DNA from: an uncultured Clostridium sp.
GTDB taxonomy: Bacteria; Bacillota; Clostridia; TANB77; CAG-508
Direction of reading: 5' to 3'
Assembly (NCBI GenBank): GCA_947575605.1
Contig: CANPNZ010000003.1
Coordinates: forward strand, 41,665 to 105,664
DNA length: 64,000 nucleotides
Shown: positions 60,620 to 64,000 of the stretch, piece by piece
Position numbering within the stretch: the first letter of the stretch is position 1
How the letters are laid out: every line of letters starts with the position of its first letter
The notes under the pieces: model-generated
Database searches by the model: none
The model's input: only the letters and a program-made list of their open reading frames with translations
What the model was told of the DNA's origin: nothing
Made by a program: the position numbers and the translations under genes

Positions 60620-60649
60620 ATTTTACCCTATCTCTACCCCATTTGTCAA
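60620..60649 (-). promoter_or_regulatory. Promoter of the tRNA-His/tRNA-Gln operon
   Basis: TTGACA - 18 nt - TAAAAT on the minus strand, about 40 nt upstream of tRNA-His. Confidence 0.5.
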
Positions 60650-60699
60650 CTACTTTCTAAAAATATTTACTTCTTTTTAAATTATTTGTCCTTACAACA

Positions 60700-61488
60700 C
60701 TATTGACCCATTGTACTTGGATCCATTCCATATTGTTTATACATCCATGTCATGTAATCAAAAGGTTCTAGTGTTTCTGGTAATCCATAATCTGCTCCAA
60801 ATGTTTCTACTTTAAGTGATGTGATTTTTGGAGGATTAACTGGTGTACTAACTTCTGTATTGGCACTTTCTTCTGCATTATCTGCCGCTTTCACTTCTAC
60901 TTCTTCTATCTTATGCACAATGTCTAAACCTTCGATTACTTTACCAAATGCCGTATAATATCCATTTAATGAAGGACTGGCTTTTGTTACAATAAAGAAT
61001 TGTGAGCTTCCAGAATTATAAGATTCTTCTGTTAATGTTGGTGAATAGGAAGTATAATCACCTCTTGCCATTCCCAAAATTCCTTCTTCAAATTTCAACT
61101 TATTTTTTGTTACGCCATTTGAAATAAATTCACCTTTTATGGTATATTCTGTTTCGTCTCCATCATCTTTCAAGTCTGCTGTTGTGGCAGATCCTTGTCC
61201 TGTTCCCTCTTTATCTCCACCTTGAATCATAAAGTCTTTTACAATTCTATGGAAAGTTAATCCATCATAAAATCCTCTGTTAGCAAGTGTCGTAAAGTTT
61301 GCTACGGTTTGTGGTGCTAATTCTGGATACAATTCTATTTTTATGGTTCCAAAATTTTCTACCTCCATTGTGGCTATCGGATTTTTTACTTCCATCGTGG
61401 CTTTTTTATAATATCCATATCCTAATCCTGCTATTATTACTATTACCAAAATTAACGCAATTATCCATATTATGTTTTTTGTTTTCAT
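60700..61488 (-). CDS. Membrane-anchored cyclophilin-type peptidyl-prolyl isomerase
   Basis: FHRIVKDFMIQGGD and SQFFIV motifs; N-terminal TM. Confidence 0.88.
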   Translation of the reverse strand: MKTKNIIWIIALILVIVIIAGLGYGYYKKATMEVKNPIATMEVENFGTIKIELYPELAPQTVANFTTLANRGFYDGLTFHRIVKDFMIQGGDKEGTGQGSATTADLKDDGDETEYTIKGEFISNGVTKNKLKFEEGILGMARGDYTSYSPTLTEESYNSGSSQFFIVTKASPSLNGYYTAFGKVIEGLDIVHKIEEVEVKAADNAEESANTEVSTPVNPPKITSLKVETFGADYGLPETLEPFDYMTWMYKQYGMDPSTMGQ

Positions 61489-61553
61489 TTTCTCTTTTCT
61501 CCTTTTCTTTTTATTGTATTGACAACTTTTCTTGGTTGTCTATATTATCTAAC

Positions 61554-62621
61554 CTAGAATACAAATTGGTCTTGCATTCTTTTTAACGATTGCTTAATCG
61601 TTCTTGCCCTTACTTCTCCAATTCCTTCTACATCATCTAAACTTTCTATATCCGCATCTAAGATATGTTGGAAGGATTTGAAAGAATCAATTAAATTTTC
61701 TACAATGTTAGATGGCATTCTTGGTATCTTATTTAAAATACGATACCCCTTTGTATAAACGCCAACTTCATCATAATTATCAAAATTTTCATAACCTAGC
61801 AATTTTGCAATTATATTTTCATTGGATAGTTCTTCATATTCTAATATTCTTAATTTTTCTAGCACCTTTTCTGGCGTCTGTTTTCTTTTCGTTGCTACTA
61901 TATAATCTTTTATAATGTATAATTCTTCTTTTTCTAGTCCTCCTATTAATTCTTCTAATTGCATTTCTACCAATCTTCCATCACTGCCTAATTCATAGAT
62001 TTGTCGTTGAATTTCTTCTACTATTTGCATTACCATTTCTGCTCTTTGAATAGCTACTAACACATTTTCCAATGTTACAATATCATTAAATTCGTATTCA
62101 TTTAGCAAGCTTAATTTATTATCAAATACTTTTTTATATTTTTCTAATGTTTGTATCGCTTGATTTGCCTTATTTAATACAACATCGGTATCTTCTAATA
62201 TGTATCTATCATTTCCTTTAAATACCGTTATGATACTTCTTCTTTGTGAAATACTAATGACTAATTCTCCTGTTTGTTTAGCTGTTCTTTCTGCTGTTCT
62301 ATGCCTTGTTCCTGTTTCTAGGGTTAGTATTTCTCTTGCAGGAATTAATTGTGCATTGGCATATAAAATCTTCTTTAAGTCTCCACTTAGTACAATCGCT
62401 CCATCCATTTTGGCTAATTCATATAACTTAGCTGATGTATAATCTTCATTAATCGTAAATCCGCCATCTACAATCTCTTTTAAAATTTGACTATTGTCTG
62501 TTATTAATAACAAAGCACCTGTCTTTGCTCTTAATATGTTTTCTAGCCCATCTCTAATTGGTGTGCCTGGAGCAATTAATTTTAGAATTTCTGTAATATT
62601 GTCTTCTTTTCCTTTTATCAA
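61554..62621 (-). CDS. disA: DNA integrity scanning protein DisA (diadenylate cyclase)
   Basis: DGAIVL and GTRHRTAER DAC-domain motifs; C-terminal HhH (GIGEVRARTI). Confidence 0.92.
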   Translation of the reverse strand: MIKGKEDNITEILKLIAPGTPIRDGLENILRAKTGALLLITDNSQILKEIVDGGFTINEDYTSAKLYELAKMDGAIVLSGDLKKILYANAQLIPAREILTLETGTRHRTAERTAKQTGELVISISQRRSIITVFKGNDRYILEDTDVVLNKANQAIQTLEKYKKVFDNKLSLLNEYEFNDIVTLENVLVAIQRAEMVMQIVEEIQRQIYELGSDGRLVEMQLEELIGGLEKEELYIIKDYIVATKRKQTPEKVLEKLRILEYEELSNENIIAKLLGYENFDNYDEVGVYTKGYRILNKIPRMPSNIVENLIDSFKSFQHILDADIESLDDVEGIGEVRARTIKQSLKRMQDQFVF

Positions 62622-62676
62622 AATTACTCTCTCCTTCTTTTTTCCTCTCTTCTAAATGATTACATTATTTATCTTC

Positions 62677-62750
62677 AAGTTTCGACTTTTTGTAAGGGTA
62701 GGTTGTAATATATAATTTTGCAACTACTTAAGTAAGCGACCAAACGAGTG
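62677..62750. repeat. Family-A element, copy A3; left half only, ending 2 bp before the radA stop codon
   Basis: AAGTTTCGACTTTTTGTAAGGGTAGGTTGTAATATATAATTTTGCAAC...TAAGCGACCAAACGAGTG. Confidence 0.8.
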
Positions 62751-62752
62751 AA

Positions 62753-64000
62753 TTATCCTATTGCTTTTTTGATTGCTTCCTTTACATTTCCAACGCCTAT
62801 TATATCTAATTTATACTTATCTTTCAAGTCTTTTTTATTACTTTCTGGAATAATACAAGATTTAAAGCCTAAACGCTCCGCTTCTTTTAGTCTTTTTTCT
62901 ATTAAATTAATTCTTCTAACTTCACCTGTCAAGCCAACTTCGCCCATAATTACCATATCTTTTGGAATAGGACTATTCTTAAAACTAGAAGTAGTTGCCA
63001 TAATGATTCCTAAATCAATAGAAGGTTCATTAATTTTCAATCCGCCTACTACATTTAAGTATACATCTTGTGTTCCTAACATAAGTCCTGCCTTTTTTTC
63101 TAAAACAGCAATTAATAAAGATAATCTATTAAAATCAATTCCATTGGCTGTTCTTTTAGCATAACCAAAAGCAGTTTGAGCAGTTAAAGCTTGCAATTCT
63201 ACTAAAATTGGTCTTGTCCCTTCCATACTAGAAACAATGCAAGAACCAGATGGATTATCTTCTCTTTCTGAAATCAGAACTTCAGATGGATTGGTAATTT
63301 CGCACATTCCCTCTTCTTTCATTTCAAACATTCCGATTTCATTGGTAGAACCAAATCTATTTTTTACGCCTCTTAAAATTCGATAAGAAAAATACCTTTC
63401 TCCTTCTAAATATAGAACTGTATCTACCATATGTTCTAATACTCTTGGCCCTGCAATATTTCCTTCTTTGGTAACATGACCAATAATAATGGTAGTAATC
63501 GCCCTAGACTTGCAAACTCTCATAACTTGAGAAGTGATTTCTCTTACCTGACTTACACTTCCTGCTGCTGCTGATAATTCCTCTGAATACATTGTTTGAA
63601 TAGAATCAATAATAACCAATTTAGGATTATTATTTATAATTGCCTGATTTACCATATCAATATCAGTTTCTCCTAAAAATAAAATATCTTCATTATTAAT
63701 ATGCAATCTGTCTGCTCTCATTTTTATCTGTTCGGCTGACTCTTCTCCTGAAACATATAAAACTTTTCCTTCTCCTTTTACTTTATCACAAATTTGAAGA
63801 ATTAAGGTAGATTTTCCAATTCCTGGTTCACCTCCGTAACAAAACAAGGGAACCTTTTACTAATCCACCACCTAACACATTATCCAATTCTCCAAATCCA
63901 GTGGAAGTTCTTATCGTTTCTTTTGCTTCATAAGAATTCAATTTTTGTGGTTGATTATTTTTGGTATCTTTTGGTTTTAAACTACTATTTTTACTTTCTA
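62753..64000 (-). pseudogene. radA: DNA repair protein RadA/Sms, N-terminus off the window, with a +1 frame break at 63836
   Basis: GGEPGIGKSTL Walker A, KNRFG, Lon-like C-terminus. Upstream frame reads ...ELDNVLGGGLVKGSLVLL; skipping one C continues GGEPGIGKST. Confidence 0.9.

Overview
This is a very AT-rich, Bacillota-like chromosomal segment. Almost every gene is on the minus strand. The backbone is housekeeping: typA, plsC, cmk, rlmN, carAB, gap, ftsK, rsmD, divIVA-like, sepF, miaA, mutL, SecD/F-like, tRNA-His, tRNA-Gln, a cyclophilin, disA and radA.

Five things stand out.

1. A roughly 12.3 kb element carrying a large serine recombinase (38551-50856) has split a small membrane-protein gene in frame. 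A 7-bp direct repeat, GGAATCT, sits at both junctions.

2. Inside that element is a tightly spaced three-gene operon: a metallophosphoesterase, a 1240-aa protein with a putative nuclease domain, a P-loop and a helical-repeat region, and a Fic protein. I read this as the best candidate for an undescribed, defence-like system. A second phosphatase/kinase/SDR/RidA cargo module lies next to it.

3. Eight reading-frame breaks in six otherwise conserved genes have the same lesion: one extra C directly in front of a Gly codon (NNN-C-GGN). This is too regular to be random decay.

4. Intergenic DNA is saturated with several families of palindromic repeats. They include a RayT-like Y1 transposase flanked by inverted REP copies (a REPtron), and 180-440 bp onion-like nested palindromes. 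These share a conserved about 80-nt core whose central hairpin shows compensatory changes.

5. There is a cluster of paralogous TasA/camelysin-like secreted proteins, and a tRNA-Gln 3-prime-end duplication next to a GC-rich segment and a DUF4238 gene.

No CRISPR array, rRNA or phage structural genes were seen. All function calls come from motifs read in the supplied translations. No database search was run.
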